From the human T2T-CHM13v2.0 reference genome, Homo sapiens, in assembly GCF_009914755.1 (NCBI RefSeq), contig NC_060933.1: a stretch of 64,000 nucleotides of DNA; one strand, given 5' to 3'. The stretch's first letter is position 1, and each line of letters starts with the position of its first letter. Of this stretch, positions 29,578 through 45,131 are shown in pieces. A program made the translations under genes and the position numbers. The notes under the pieces were generated by a model. The model was not told where the DNA came from. It worked only from the letters and a program-made list of their open reading frames with translations, and did no database searches.

Positions 29578-32532
29578 TTCATAGGCCACATGGACCATGG
29601 GCAAGTTAGTTAATCTTCAGTCTTGGATGCCACGTCTGTAAAATAACAAGGTGTAAAATTAAACCTTCAGTAACTATAAATTGCTTAGCTTTCTTCTTTT
29701 TTCACCTATATAATATTATATTGTACGATGCTAACCCAGTGAGTTCAGAAATTGCAAGAACACTGCACTTATACAGCCTTATAAAGAGAACCCTCAAAGA
29801 GATGAAAATCCATCTTTGACAGATTCAGGATAATTTTTTTAAATCCACACTGATTCTCTTTCTTATCAAACATTTCACTTGCAATGTTGTCCAAAAAAAA
29901 AAAACAAAAAACAAAAAAAAAAACACTTAGTTCAAATTCTGATACCTGGGCAGTACTAAACACTCAGAACTCTGTTTCCACAGCTTCATTTTTCATAGCT
30001 TCATAAAAGCACTCATCTTGTTGTGCTGTTATTGTGTTTGTGTGTATGGAAAACATGCCTGATGCCAGACTAAGCATTTCCAGAAGGTAAGAACCACGTC
30101 TGTTTTGTTGCTATCCTCCATGTTTACTGCAGTGCCTGGCACATAGATGGTGCTCAATGTTGGCTGAATAAGTAATCAATACTTTAGAAATACAACCCCT
30201 TCCTTAACCAACCCCAACTGGTGTACATTCTCAACCCATGAAAATATTCTGTAAGGATGTATCCTTCTTTTCCCATCTGAGTGTTCACACTCCTCAGGAA
30301 TAACAGCAATCCAAATGTTTCTTCTCTATAGAGTGATGTCACCTATTTCCCGATTAAGGAACCCACCTTGAAATCCAACTAGATTTTAGGCTTTTGGGAG
30401 ATTCCCATTTTAAATCCTTACTCAGAAGCTTCTGATCCTTCACACACCATCTTAAACCTTACTCTTCTTTCAAAGCCAGAACTGACTGCCTGAACACCCA
30501 ATTATCTCCACCCATTTCCACTTCTTTTATCCTACCCCAGTGAACTATTTTCATCCAGCCATAACTATAGAGCCTTCCCCTAGAAAGTAAGGTATACATG
30601 ACATAGATCACTCTACTTATTATGGGAGAATCAGAATCCAATGGGAAAAAATTTAAACCAAAGCAAATTAATACAGTCAAAATTCAACGGCACCTTCAAT
30701 GGTAAAATGGCTTTAAATTGTGACAAAGCCCCAGGGGTCCCTAAGGCATTTCTAGGGTTTCTTTAAATTAAAAAAAAAGTGTAGTCAATCACAGACATGT
30801 TTGCTTTTTCTCTGCACCGTTGCCCCCAGACTCAGATTGCTCTAGGGGCTGGGGTTTGGAGGCAAAACAATGAAGCATTTGACAACGTCAAAACGTCAGA
30901 ATGACATTCTGGAAACAGTCAAACTTCACTTTGGGCTACCCACTTAAGTAGAGACATACCATGATACACTGCCCACCTTTAGTTCAGAATATTCTCCAGG
31001 TGAGAGGAACAAATAATTAAGGCGTTTTGTATTCAAAAAGATGTCTCTGGCTTCCAGATCAAAAATAGTCATAGAAAGTAGAAAGTTTATTCTGCGTGTT
31101 TCTAAAAAAACACATGAAAACTTACCTAGCAAAGTCTCACACTTCACTATAATAAATGATCTGCAACTGACTGTGGAAAATATGTAACTTTTATATGGAA
31201 AAATACTTAGCTGTAGCAACAGCAGACTGTTCTTACCCCAAGCTAAATAACAACAGCAATATGAAACTGTAAATGTCTACTAAGATAGAGTTGGAAACTT
31301 TGTGACTCCACTATCCCTCCTCCCCCAGAGTTTCTTTTGCTCCACAAAAATAATTTTAGTCAGATGGGAATAGGGAAAAAACTGCAAACAGAAAGAAGTG
31401 TAGTTTCAATGTGAGTACAATATTGAGTGTCCTGAAAGCAGACAGATCCTCAATAATGTAGCTTCAATAAAAACTTCCTAAACCCTTTCTTTTTTTGTTC
31501 CTTTGAGAAAATGAAGCAATTTGCATTTACAGCTTAGTTCCTGTTTCCAAAATATCCCTTTAACTTTTTCTTTTCTCTTTTTATGGTGGGTATAAATAGC
31601 ACCAAATTGTCAAATCACAGCTATTTTGTGTGCTACCTATACAAATAGGTCTGATTTCTGGCCAGTCATAAAACAATTACTGCTGAATTCCTCTGGCTCT
31701 TTGATATCCAGCTTGTCCACCGGGCTTCAAAGCTAGACTCCAGGACTTTTCTTGGGGCACTGCTGAAAAACAACCTCAACAGAAACACAGAAGATAAAAT
31801 GTTCCCACTCCTATAAACACACAAAGATATAATCCCAGAAGTAAAACAATTCAGCAGCACTGTGGTGGGTTCTTCCCCCTCACGATAATTTAAGAGTACA
31901 AGTATTTTAAATTATTTTTTAGCGATATGAATCAATGAGAACTTCTTCCCGCTAACTCGTACGGCTATTTTCTCCATTTTCAAGCCTCCAAAAATTAAGA
32001 ATTACTTTGCTTTCAGAGAAATTTTCTGATTTACTAAAATAACTTATCCCATGGGAACTTACTGGGATGGAATGAAAGTTCAGCTTCTTAAGCACATAAA
32101 TAACTATACAGCATAGTATTTATTCAATGTAGCAAAACTCATTCAAGCTAGAAGCTTTCAATAAGGTTAAATGTGGTCAGAATTTCAATAAAGGAATTGT
32201 ATGTATGGGCAAATTATATGTTTTGACTATAAATTAACAGAACTTTACTCTCACATGGCTTATAAAAAAATCTACATTTGTATATGGGATATGTGGGATG
32301 GGCACATAGACACACAAACACCTACCCCATATAGCACACGCATGTGCTCAGGAGTGACAGTCAAACTATTTCCTGTTATCCCACTGCAAAAGCAATACAT
32401 TTATTACAAGGAAGTAAATGTTAAGTCCTCATAGAGACACTTAGAATTTGGCATCTTGGAGGAGTGGCAAATGTAACATGATTATCAAATCTCCTACTGC
32501 CAGGCTCTTGTAACAATGTTTTATTAAGTTTG

Positions 32533-32534
<2 letters not shown>

Positions 32535-32566
<32 letters not shown>
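32535..32566. repeat. (AC)16 microsatellite
   Basis: Direct reading. Confidence 0.95.
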
Positions 32567-32568
<2 letters not shown>

Positions 32569-35500
32569 CATATGCACACATATATTTATTTATCTCCACC
32601 TAAAAAGAGAAAGACATGTCACTTTTTAATTCCTCCTGCCAATGGCATCATGCCAAATCAATTTTTCCTTAACCCAGTATTTTTGGCAGCTTTATCATAA
32701 TATGCCATAATTCCACAAATTCAGTAGTTGGCTAACATGTGGCTCTGAATTAAAAGTAGATATGATATAGTCTCCCTCTATATATGAAAGATCATTTTTA
32801 GATATATACATAAAATAAAGACTACCTTTGCACCTAAAATCTGCCTCTAATTTCTCCTTCTCACTTTCTCTTTACCATTAGCAAGAATCAAGCACTTTTG
32901 AAACATTAATCCAGATCTGATTTTGGCAGTCTTCTATAATCTTATCCAAGAAACCACTTGGACATATTTATCCAAAGACATATAGCCACATTGTTTTTCA
33001 AAATCTATATAATAAGCCAACTCTTATAAGTATATAGGTTAGCCTTCTATTTATAACCAGAAAACTTGGAGCCACCTGTTTCAGCTCTGATCTCAAGAAC
33101 ACCACTTTTACCTCTTAGGTCAAATCTGGCACCCGCAACTTAGTACTAAATTTCCTCAAAATAATGTGATTATGTAATCTCTCAAATTTCATTATGTTTT
33201 TTCCTCTGAATTTTGTTAACTAAGGCCAAATGCATTAACATACAACAAAATTCTCAATGTGAGTGATAAAAATGCATTAAAAGTAACCCTTAATCTATGC
33301 TATTAACTGATTTTATTCTATTTTGGCACGTTTGAAGTAACTCATCTAAGGATTAGTTAGGCTTTTCTACACTTCTTTTTATCAGGACTCTACCATTCTT
33401 GATTTAGTTTTGAGAGAAAAGGGTTTGCAAAAACTATAATAATCTCACAGCTGGAGATGGCTGGAAAGTCCGTTAGTACTCATTGTGCCCTTAATTTGCA
33501 GGAAGCCTTTGTGCTCTTCTACTCCTCATTTTACATGCTGAGCAGTTTTCACTGATAAAGTACTTATAGACCAGTTATTTTAGATTAATGAAAAGCCCAC
33601 TAAAATTTTATGTACAGTGGCTGTGAACTTTCTCTTTAAAATACTGAAATTTATCTTGAGAGTCTTGATTACATGAAAATCTTAACCCTGGTAATTTGCC
33701 TCAATAGTTTTCATGTGAATAGGCAAAGGCAGTCTTAAAATTGTTTAAGAAGTATTATTTTCAAACACAGAAGGTATCCAAAATTTCAGGCTATGAATTC
33801 AGATTGAATGGCTGAAGCCTCAGGGCAAACACACTGATTTAATCACGTAGCAGTGGGTTTCAAAATCTTGCCCTCTTAAGACTTAACAATAAAGTATTTC
33901 CCTGCCCTTTAAATCTATAGCAATAACGCAAACACATTATACAGAAGGACCCAACATTGTTGAAATTTTGTTGGGATTTTTAACATTATGACATCAATTC
34001 CAGGAGTACATGGTATTATTCTAACTCTACACTTATCCAAGATGAGATTTTAAAGTCAATGAGTTAGTATTTCCTCTGAACTTCAAGCCTAAAAATGACA
34101 TTTAAATATCCAATTATCAAGGATTATAAGTCAAACTCAATTTTCACAGTTTTCTAAAAGTCTTCAGATACAAAAAACAAAGTCTAACTTAAACAGTCTA
34201 AGCTGAAGTTTTTAAATCTGTCCCAATATAAGCAAAAATGTTGAGATTTGTTATATTCCAAGACATGAAAATATAATCATGTTAAAATTACTCATTTTCT
34301 GCTATACTACCTTCCTGTAAATCAGAAATTCAAATCATAGTCATATAGATTCATATAAAACACAGCTAGCATATCTGCAAAGTAGAAATGATAGTGTTTG
34401 AAACTAATAGGGTTAAACAATTTATTTTGTGAGGCCACTGGCAAAATCTACAGCAGCTGTCTAACTTTGCCTTTAACGATCATAGCAAAAGCTCAAGGAA
34501 GTGATCCAATGCAGCACTGGTCTTTAGTAACCAGATCGTTTCTATTTCATTTTCAGCCAACGGAATGGATAACGAAAACAAAATTATGCCTCAGTCAGTA
34601 CGTTTACTTGACAAGCTAATTTTTAACAATGTTAAACTTTTATTCACATATATGGCCAGAAGTAAGTTGTATCTTTTTTCTGTGTAGATAATCTTAATAA
34701 CTTTTAAATACTGGCTACACAAGATAAAACTTCAGATGGCTATCACTTCTTTAAACTCACTTATAAAAACTACTGGAAAACTTTTTAGCTATTCAAGAAC
34801 ATATTAAGCTAAAAAATAAAAGGCAAATGGTTAGTCATTGCTGTAAACTGTTGAGCCATAGATGTTTGATTCTTTCAGTGAAGAAAACTGCAGGATTTAT
34901 ACCATTTTATAGAAGACCTAAAACAACTGTATAATGATTTTTATAAAAGAAACAAACTCAATTCCTCAAGGATTACAATTTCCTACCAAAAACTACTTAC
35001 ACTGTTCAAAATAAACCAAAAATAGCTCTCTCATTACATATCATCATCTGGTTACTATCAATGTATCTGAGATACCTATTCCTACATTCTTTTCTACTTA
35101 CCCTGTGGAAAACAGGTATTTCAGACATCTAGCTAATTGGGACTTATAAATATTTATTTATTTATAAATCAAGTGTCTGAAGAATGTGAATAACGGAAAC
35201 AAAGTAATTTAAATAAGTGACCCAACAAAGTTATGCTTATTAGTCTAGTTAATAACCACGGGTTCATACTAGAAAGAAGCTCCAAAATAATTTCAAACTA
35301 AGTTATGTGGGAATAGATATGACACAACATTCCCCATTTCAATATTTATGATGCATATGTAACTATATTGTCTTACTCAAGTAATTCGCCTAAAGAACAA
35401 TTTTAATCCAGTATTTAACATAATTCCAATCATGTTTACTTCCACAAAGGTTTGGGCCAGAACAATTTTAGTCAGATTTTAAGCTAGTATAACATTTATA

Positions 35501-38500
35501 CTATATGCCATAGGTAAGAGATACTAATTGATTATAAATATATCAAACATACTTTCTGATTATGAGTCCTATATCATCATTTTATACCATCTTAAGTAGA
35601 AGAAATCTCACTTCAACTATTAAGCATTTGAAGACAATTACTAAGTGTTGGTTTTGTAAAGGAGTACAAATTACTTAACATTTAATAATTAAAGTATGTG
35701 CACGAATGGATATTCCTAAACTGACACACTTATGAATGGCTTACTGGTTTTAAAAAGTAACTCCCAAATGCTGGGTTAATATGTTTCACTTTAGGGACTT
35801 AAACCATACTTCTTCAAATAAAATTAAATAAATTAGTTTGCAAGTAATTAATGACGAGAATTCAATAACGTAAAACTATCCCTGCGTATTCTCTATGGCT
35901 GGGAAATTTAGCTGGTTATGTTCATATAATACACTTAGTGGGTCTTGGAGCCCACTGCCTGTAAAATCTCCCATGGAGATTCAAGACCACCCATTGAAAA
36001 TAGAACATTATTGCCTCCAGCAAGAAGCTGGTACATAGGACTGGTTATTCAAGTCTTTTAAATACTATTTTATTGAGGGATTGCAGGAGGTGGGGGAGGG
36101 GTGAAGGCGGATTCATGAGTGGATGGGGGAGGAAAACTCAGAAAAAAACAGTAATTTCTAAAGCAGAGGTTCCTGCCGTACCCCCTTCACCCACCCGTAC
36201 TTTTAAAACAGCTACATAAACAAAGTAATAAGTGCTCAATTTCAGAGAGAATTACATTATACTCCATTTGAACAGGCTACAAAGTACTTTTATTTGAAAA
36301 GCTGCTTGTGCTCTGTTATAAACAATTTTACTCTGCACCAATTTCAGACAAGAGAAGATGGCTAGGGAGTGTGGGAGGTGGAGTTAGGAAAAATTCACTC
36401 AGTGTCTTTCAATGCCTTAAACAGTTGATCCAATAAAGATCCTTTAGAGAAAACTTTAAGTCTATTTTTTTTCTCCAAGTAAGCAAATCATACAGGAGGG
36501 CTTTTCTTTTCTAGGGTACTGCACCCTGTCTCTTTAAATTCCAGGCCTGCCCCATTTCCCACGCATTCAATGAAAGCCCCACGTTTGCTGGCCTCCAGCC
36601 CACAATGTCAAGTAGTTCTCTTGCTATTGAATTTCAAGATTATTCTTTTGGATCATTTGCCCTTTAGTTTTAAGCACACCAAAGCAAAAATAATGTCTTT
36701 CTACAATAACATAAAGAAAACTCAGAGGTCTTTACAAGTCTACAAGTAGAGAACACCTTGTCCTCTGCTTCCTCTTTCACTGCAAAATATGCTCCCACTC
36801 CATATGCTCCAAATAAGGGCCATTTGTACACTATCGTCATCTACCATAGTTTTGTCTGTCCTATAACAAAATTTTATGAGTATTTTTATTTAATTTGGTG
36901 CCAATTTGGAATCTCTTTGCAATACTCAAACCAGGTCTTCATATTGCTCAAACTCTCCACTCTTCAACTTGGTGTCTGGGGTATTTGGTTATAACAAGTT
37001 TTAAAACAATTACTTAATTTTAAAACTATTATTTTATTTTTGCAGTTAAGACATCTATATAAATTAACTTACTAATAAAAGCAGCAAATAAACATTGCCA
37101 TCTGTACTCATTGTGCCAAAGAGTATATTTTCCTCATTCTTGTACACACCTTAATCCTGAAGAAGGGATTCCAGGCCATTATCAATCACATTTAGAATTC
37201 TCTCAAAAGGAATAGACATAGTTAAGCAGAAATTTGTCAGCAGAACTAAATTAAGTTCATGGAATATAATCTTATTCCAAATGCTGGCAAATAGAATTTG
37301 AAGTTGCAATTTTATTCAAGCAGCTAATAAGAAATACCCAGATCATAAACATCATTGTTTATATTTCACAAACATTCTAAGGTAGAGTTAATCTATTTGT
37401 ATTTTATGGATTTTGTAAAATCATCTACTACTAAAGGGAAAATGCCCTTATTTTTATTTGACATATAGCTTTGCTATGCATTAGTGCACAGTACACTTTT
37501 AAAGTTTAATGTCAAAATGCAAATGTGTTTTCTCACGGACTATAAAATCATGGACTTAATTAGATAAATTTTAGATTGCAGAGAGACCCTTGAGACAACT
37601 AAAATTAACCTCCTCATTTTGCGGAAATCATTTTTAGTTATGCTTAAGGAATATTCATATCAATCTGCATTGTATATAAAACATAAAATTATGTACTAAT
37701 TTCCCTTTGTAAAAACCTCTAGTTATTTTTGTAGCTTATATATGAAATATTAATAAAATCATCTTAGTATCAAAATAGTTTGAATTTATGGAATTATGCA
37801 TGAATTCTCCATCCAAAAAGGACCACTTCTTTCTCTGCCCTAAATCTTTTTTTCTCTATGCCTTATGTTTGGTACTTGTTTTGGTACTTTTTATTTCTTA
37901 AAAGTTCATGTTTAACTTCCAAATTATATACAAAGATGCACACACTGGAAATGAGTCTTTTATTTCCAATTATCAATACTATTTATTCTTCAACATAATC
38001 ACCATATATCTAAGCAACATGATGACAGTCTTTTTATTTGTAGTTGATTTTTAAAGTCAGATGTAGGCTCTAGAAAAATTTTTAACACTACACAGCAAGA
38101 TAGACATGTTAATTATCAAAGTTATCAAAACTCCACAGGAAAAAAAGGCCAGAACTTTTCAAAACATTCCTAAGTACTCCAAAAATGTATACTGTACTGA
38201 TATATTACACATGGGTATCTTTCTGTTACCAAGACTATCCTATATGAATACACATTTATAAATCAGGTTAATCTCATTACTTTTATAACTTCAATACAAA
38301 ATGTTAAGAAAGGTAAGAACGTTATCTACATGTCTCCCTTTAAAGCTTACGATCAACTTATGAAACATTGTGCAAATACTCATAGTAACATTAAAGGAAA
38401 AGACTCAAAACGACAAGGTGGCAAAAATGTCAAATAGCAAAATTTGAAAATGTTTCTTGGGAAAGACAGTCTTAATCATGTTCCAAATTACTTGTAGAAA

Positions 38501-41500
38501 AAACTAAAAATCTTATTGTAAATGTGCCCATACATACATTTAAATACTAGTTTTACTTTCACATAATATGAGTCATTCAAGAAAACTTGAAAAAGCCAAC
38601 GAATTTTACTGACAACAATAAGAAGTTCCTGATATCCCACGTCCCAGAGATCACTTATATTAACATTCTACGATAGTATTCCTTCCCATCTTTTCAGTGA
38701 TGTATTTTTATCTATCACATACTTCTCAAAATGTGGGGTAAAGATGAACAAATCTAGCCATTCTAACACAGAAAATGAACTGAATCAATGATGTTAACCT
38801 AAAAAAGATACTCTGTCAAGAAGCATTAACTATAAGCTATTGTTTAGCCTTTACAATGTAAGAAAATTCCTATTTATTTGCAGCTCTATTTTAAATGTCT
38901 GCATTTGTGTATTTTTGGATAAATTATCGGCTCTAGTCAATTGCTTGACAATTTCCTTTACAGAATTGGAATGCTAACTAAAATTATTTTTTCTTTGACC
39001 TAAAAGTTATACAGCATGTTACAACTGAAGAGTAGAAAAGTACTTGCTTTTCAAAACAACTTCAATTCAGCATTTGAATTATTAAATAGAAAACCCTATT
39101 TATTCTTATATGTATGTATGCAAGTATGTTGGATGATCAAAAATTTCATATACTTTCTTCTAATCTGTTCACATGATAATACAGACAGCCCTCAATTAGC
39201 TTACATGGGCAGTCCTCAATTATTACTCTATTGATAATAAAAACACAAGTAATATCTGGTAAGTGATACTTCAGAAAAGCAAATTAAGTGACACAATTTC
39301 AAGGTCTATTTTATGTAAAAGACAAAAAAGCATGAAAAACCCAACGATCTAATGGCATGGTCAAGAGCCATAATTGAGGAAGAAGTTTCCTATCAACACT
39401 GGGTGGTCTTCTGAGTTCTTGAAATGCTCCAATCTACAAGTAATAGTTGATGGTTGAGGTGAATGGCACCGATATGATCAGAAATTAACTTTTACAAGTG
39501 TAACTTAATCCCTTATTTGGTGAATTACTCATGTTATCTTCTACTTCCCTATTACTGCAGCAAGTCTTTCACCCATTTCACTGTCCATTCACCATAAGAA
39601 AGGATAAAATTCCAATACACTGATGTTCATATATTGGTATTTTATTTTCTCAAGAATATCATTCTCCGAACTACTACATAGGAAGAGTCAGAAATTAAAT
39701 ACTCCACATGTCTATTGTCTAGCATGATAACCAATATAGCTATTTAATAAAGGGTAGTTATTATTTCATTGTTATAAAAACACTAGATCAATGACAATTG
39801 CAGAATTTATCCTTTTTAAAACTAAAGGAAAAACAGTATTTTCAGAGCTGCAAAAGCCCACACAGCTTATTCAGTCCAAACACATCCTTTCTACCTCCCA
39901 GGCCAGGGCCTTTCCTGCCACACTGCTAAATACTGCTCCTACCAGTTACTGGAATTACATTAGACTCTTATTTTTAAAGCTAAAAGGCTGGTTGTATTTC
40001 ATGGATTAGGTAGTAAAAAAATGATAGAGCTGGCCAAGTCCTTCAAGTTTGTGTCTAGCTTTTCTTTTTAAGCATCCAAAGTAAGTGAAGAAAGAATAAG
40101 GGAAAAAAGAGAAAAGAGAAAAATTCATTTTTGCCTATTACAAATGCTAGAACACATTCTAGAAAATGTGATTCTCAGCAGACACAATGTTTCCTGCTAA
40201 ATTCAAGTGGTGGTTCTGTTTACACAAAGTCAATTATTAGAGGTGCAGAAGAAATGAGTTTCAGAAATCTGAGTAATAATTTATAACTTACAGGAGTGGA
40301 AAGTAAAGCCAGGGATTCTAAAACCCTTTTTCTGACTTGCAATACCTGCCTTTATACGGTTGCCAAAAAATTCCAGGGTCAAGACATTACATTGATGGAG
40401 CTATAAGTAGTATCTACAGTGATAACATAGGTCCCATCCTTTCTGATGTGTAACTCTAATGCAACACAGGAGGAAAAAGAGATAACATATACAAAGAGAA
40501 GGGAGTGTTGGTCTAATGAAAGCATGTAACACATAACACGTGCTGCTTTGGTGCTCCATAAAATGAGGGAAGTTAGCTTCCAGCCCACTAGTTACTATTT
40601 CTGTGCATACAGAGAAAAAGTCATACAACAAGCATCAGACAATCTTGAACTGGGTCAACATTTTCAAATAACGTGTTCCACTAAATGCAACTAAATCTCA
40701 ACAGCCCAAATCCCCCATGTTTCATTGACTCTATAAAACAGCTGCTTATTATAGAGAAACAGAGAAATAAGTAAAATGAAGGAAAATACTATGTGAAATA
40801 GAAGAATGTTTCTTCAATATAAAAAAGGTCGTAATTATTTAGCTTTCATTATTCATATTAATGAAGTATTTGTGGTAAAGGGTAAAGATGATATAAAGTC
40901 TACAATGAACCTGGTTTTTAAACACCCAAAGTGTTTTACATGTTTATCAAATGAATAGATACCTGGAATAATCAGACAGTATTCTATCCCCAGTACCATC
41001 CTTGGAGGGAGGCAGGGGAAATGGGACATAAAAACCTATCTGCAAAAATGAAAAGGCATCATTCAGACAAAATTTATATCTGAAAACATTAAGAGGCAAA
41101 TTACCTCCCTACTCTCCAAGCCACTGCTATTATTATTAATACTTCAGGAAACTGTTAATATATATTTTGCTTTTAAAAATCAATATACACACACAGAGCA
41201 TTTTGCCTGGTATTGATGAGGAAATAACTAATAATTTCTACTGGAAAGGAACAAAGAAAAAAAATCTAGTTTTGACAAAATCAAATATTTTAAAATAGAA
41301 AAAAATTAACTTGGCTTTGAGAATATCAACCTTCTAATATGTGTAACTAATTAAAGGTAACTAATTATATTTATAATCACTAATGAACACTATTTTAAAG
41401 ATAAGCCATAATTTTCTTTAATAAAAAAAATGGTGACTTGATTTTATCCAAAAAGTTAATTGTTAACTGCTACATACCAACTAAATCACACCCAAATGCT

Positions 41501-42189
41501 GGCCTTATCTTTTTAGAAATTCTATCGTAATAGCCTTCTTCAGTCGTCAACCACTGCAAACTTACCACACTTAAGTCAAAAGGATTAAGTCATGCAACAT
41601 TACTTCTTAAAACAACACCCTGCATCCTTCATGTAATTGCAATTCTTACCACTGGGTGAATTGGGGACAAAATATCAGGAGATAACTACCACCCAGCAAC
41701 AATTTTTTCTAATGATTTAATCTCAAAGGAAAACTTTAATTCATATAGAGAATTTGATTTTGTCTGAAAGTAGCTATAGAACTTTTTCCTTTTAAACAGC
41801 ATCTACCATGGTTACCACCACTTAATTAAATCCTAGATCATGTCTACAAAAGCAGCTATTGCTGAACATTTGTCTGCTAATATAAGTGAATTATTACTCA
41901 ATGTTTTAAAAGTAAACATTGACCACCATTTATTACTAGTTATCTTTGCACAGGCATACTTGTGACTCATTGTGTCTACATGCAAGATTGCTCCACATTT
42001 CTAGGCTTCTGATTAAAAGTAAAATGAAAGGGTAATCGAAGATGAAGAATCTCAAGTGTCCTTTCCAGCTCTAAAAAGACACAGCACACTGAAGGCAGGG
42101 ACCTCCTCTTACTCTTATTTGTATCTCCCTCAGTCTTTCACTGTATCCTACATATATATTGCCTTTTGGTTAAGCACATTACTATGGCC

Positions 42190-43820
42190 ACGAACTAAAT
42201 TCTTAAATAAGACCCTAAGCCCAGAGAGGAAAACAAAACAAAATAAAGCACATCAGTTTGACAAAATTAAAAGCTTGCATATGGCAAAAAGATACCATAA
42301 ATCAAGATAAAAGAAAAAAATGAGGCAAGATATTTTCAACAAAAATAACAAAGGAAGAACATCCTACAAACAAGAAAATGACAAGCAACCCAATCTTTTC
42401 TTTTAAGAAAAAGGATATAAAAAGAAGTCAATAAAGAGGAAATCAAAATAGTCAATATATATATATAAAATGCTTAATCCCACCAGGAACCAGAGAAATG
42501 TAAATGAAAACAAAAAGATACCAAATTTCAACTCTGAAAAATAGGAAATATTAAAATAGCCAAAATTGGCAAAGATATAGAGGAAAAATGGTACTCATTT
42601 TCTTGACAGAGTATAAACTGTCAGAACCACTTTTTAGAGCAATCTGACAGCAGCTAGTACAAATGAAGACACACGTGCCCACAACTCAATAACTCAAAAT
42701 CTAGGCCTATGTCCAAACCCTTGTTCATCTGCACAAGGTAACATGCACAAAGATGCTCACTGCACAGAACAGAAAATGACCTATTTATTTCTTAATAGGA
42801 AAACAGAAAAGTAAAGTATACAATATATTCCCATGATGAAATACTAAGCAGAAGAAATTAAAGAGAATGACGTGGCTCTTTATAGATGAAATGTGGACAG
42901 GTTCAGAAACAGAATTGAGTGGGGGAAAAAAGCAAGATGCAAATGTATTCACTCATAAAAATATTCTGGTATTAAATAATGGCAATGGTTACACAACCTT
43001 ATGAATATACTAAAAACCACAGACTTGCACACTTTAAAAGGGTAAATTTTGCATGTGAATTATATCTCAATTGTAAAAAAAAGATTCACTAGCATGATCC
43101 TCTTCACGTTGATTTTAAGACACAATACATTATTATTTGTAAGCAACATATATGTGCAAAATAAATAGAATGGAAGACAGACTGAAGGGTTGGAAGAAAA
43201 GGCTGGGAAGCATTTTAAAACATTAGCTGCATCTATAATAGTTAATTCTCCAGAATCCAAACAAGGAATCAAATAAGATAATATGTAAACATTTATTCAT
43301 TCTTGGTAGTGGGGATTTGAATGTTTGTTATATCATTCTCTGCATTTCCCCATGCTTTTTTTTTTTTAATTAAAAAAGCAGCCATGGACTACAAAGGACA
43401 AAAAAGGCACATCACAAAAGACAAACGGTAAATAAATACATAATGAAAGATATGTGGCACTGCTAATCATATAAATGCAAACCAAAATGAGGCAGTTTTT
43501 CCACACAGATTGGCAAAGATTTTTTTAAGCTGTTAATTTCCAGTTTATATGCCTGAGGAAATATAAACTGGGACAATCTTTTTGGAGGAAAGTTTGGTAA
43601 TATATAACAAAATTTTAACTCTGTATACCTTTTGACTCCACAACCTCCCTTCTAGAAATTTAACATAAACAAATTATTAGAAAAACCATTAAAATGAATG
43701 TCAAAGATGTCCATCACAGCACTATTCATAACAAATCAAAACTGGGAACAATCCAAAAGAAGTATAATAAATCCATATACAATGTCATACCAGAAAAATC
43801 CAACAATTTTAAAAGATGAT
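42190..43820 (+). mobile_element. Highly decayed L1ME-like 3' fragments
   Basis: A-rich L1 ORF2-end and 3'UTR motifs (gaatatactaaaaaccac...cactttaaaagggtaaatttt...gtgaattatatctcaa). Confidence 0.6.
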
Positions 43821-43880
43821 ATGCCACAAGGGTAGGAATGTTCCTCTGTGCTTTATCTCCAGCTCTAAGAAGGGTGCTAG

Positions 43881-44280
<400 letters not shown>

Positions 44281-44798
44281 TTAATATTGATGTGTATGTG
44301 TATATATATAAAGATGTCTAACAAATATTAACTATAGTTATATATGAAAATTTCAGATAACTCGTCCATGGTTTGACTTTTCTACAATGAACAAATATCT
44401 ACAAATTAGAAAAAAAAACATTTCATTTGTTTAAAAAAATGAACAAGGTTCTTCATAAAAGCTACACCACAAAATTGTGCCATGTAATTTCCCAGCTTCT
44501 ATGACATCTCTTTTGAAGATTCAAAACAAGAAAAGTTCTATATCTTAGAACTGTAAAAGTGATGTTATGTAGTGGGGATTACCTGTAATAAATGACTAGA
44601 AAGGCAAGAAAGGGGCCAAGGTTGGTCCATGGAAGACCCATGAGAAAGAAACTTCAAAGAAACACAAAGTAGGCCAAGTGATATCCCTGCCTGGCCTACT
44701 TCATAAAGATAGGTAGTTCTACAGAGGGGCACCTACAATAATGAATATAAAAGACTTCTGCATAATTCAGGTAATGCATCACAGAATGGACAGTGATA

Positions 44799-45131
44799 GG
44801 CCGGGCACAATGGCTCATGCCTGTAATCTCAGCAATTTGGGAGATCGAGGCTGGTGGGTCACCTGGGCCCAGGAGTTGGAGACCAGTCTGGGCAACATAG
44901 TGAAACCCCATCTCTACCAAAAACACACACACACACAAACTGCCAGGGATGGTGGTCCACGCCTATAGTCTGAGCTGTTTGGGAAATGGCTTGAGACCAG
45001 GAGATGGGAGGATGGCTTGAGTCCAGGAGATGGAGGTTGCAATGAGCTGAAATCACGCAATTACAACCCAGCCTGGGTGACAGGGCCAGACCATGTGAAA
45101 AAAAAAAAAAAAAAAAAAAAAACAAAAAAAA
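44799..45131 (+). mobile_element. AluJ with (CA)n in the linker
   Basis: TSD agaatgga(c/t)agt(g/a)ata on both sides. Confidence 0.88.
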
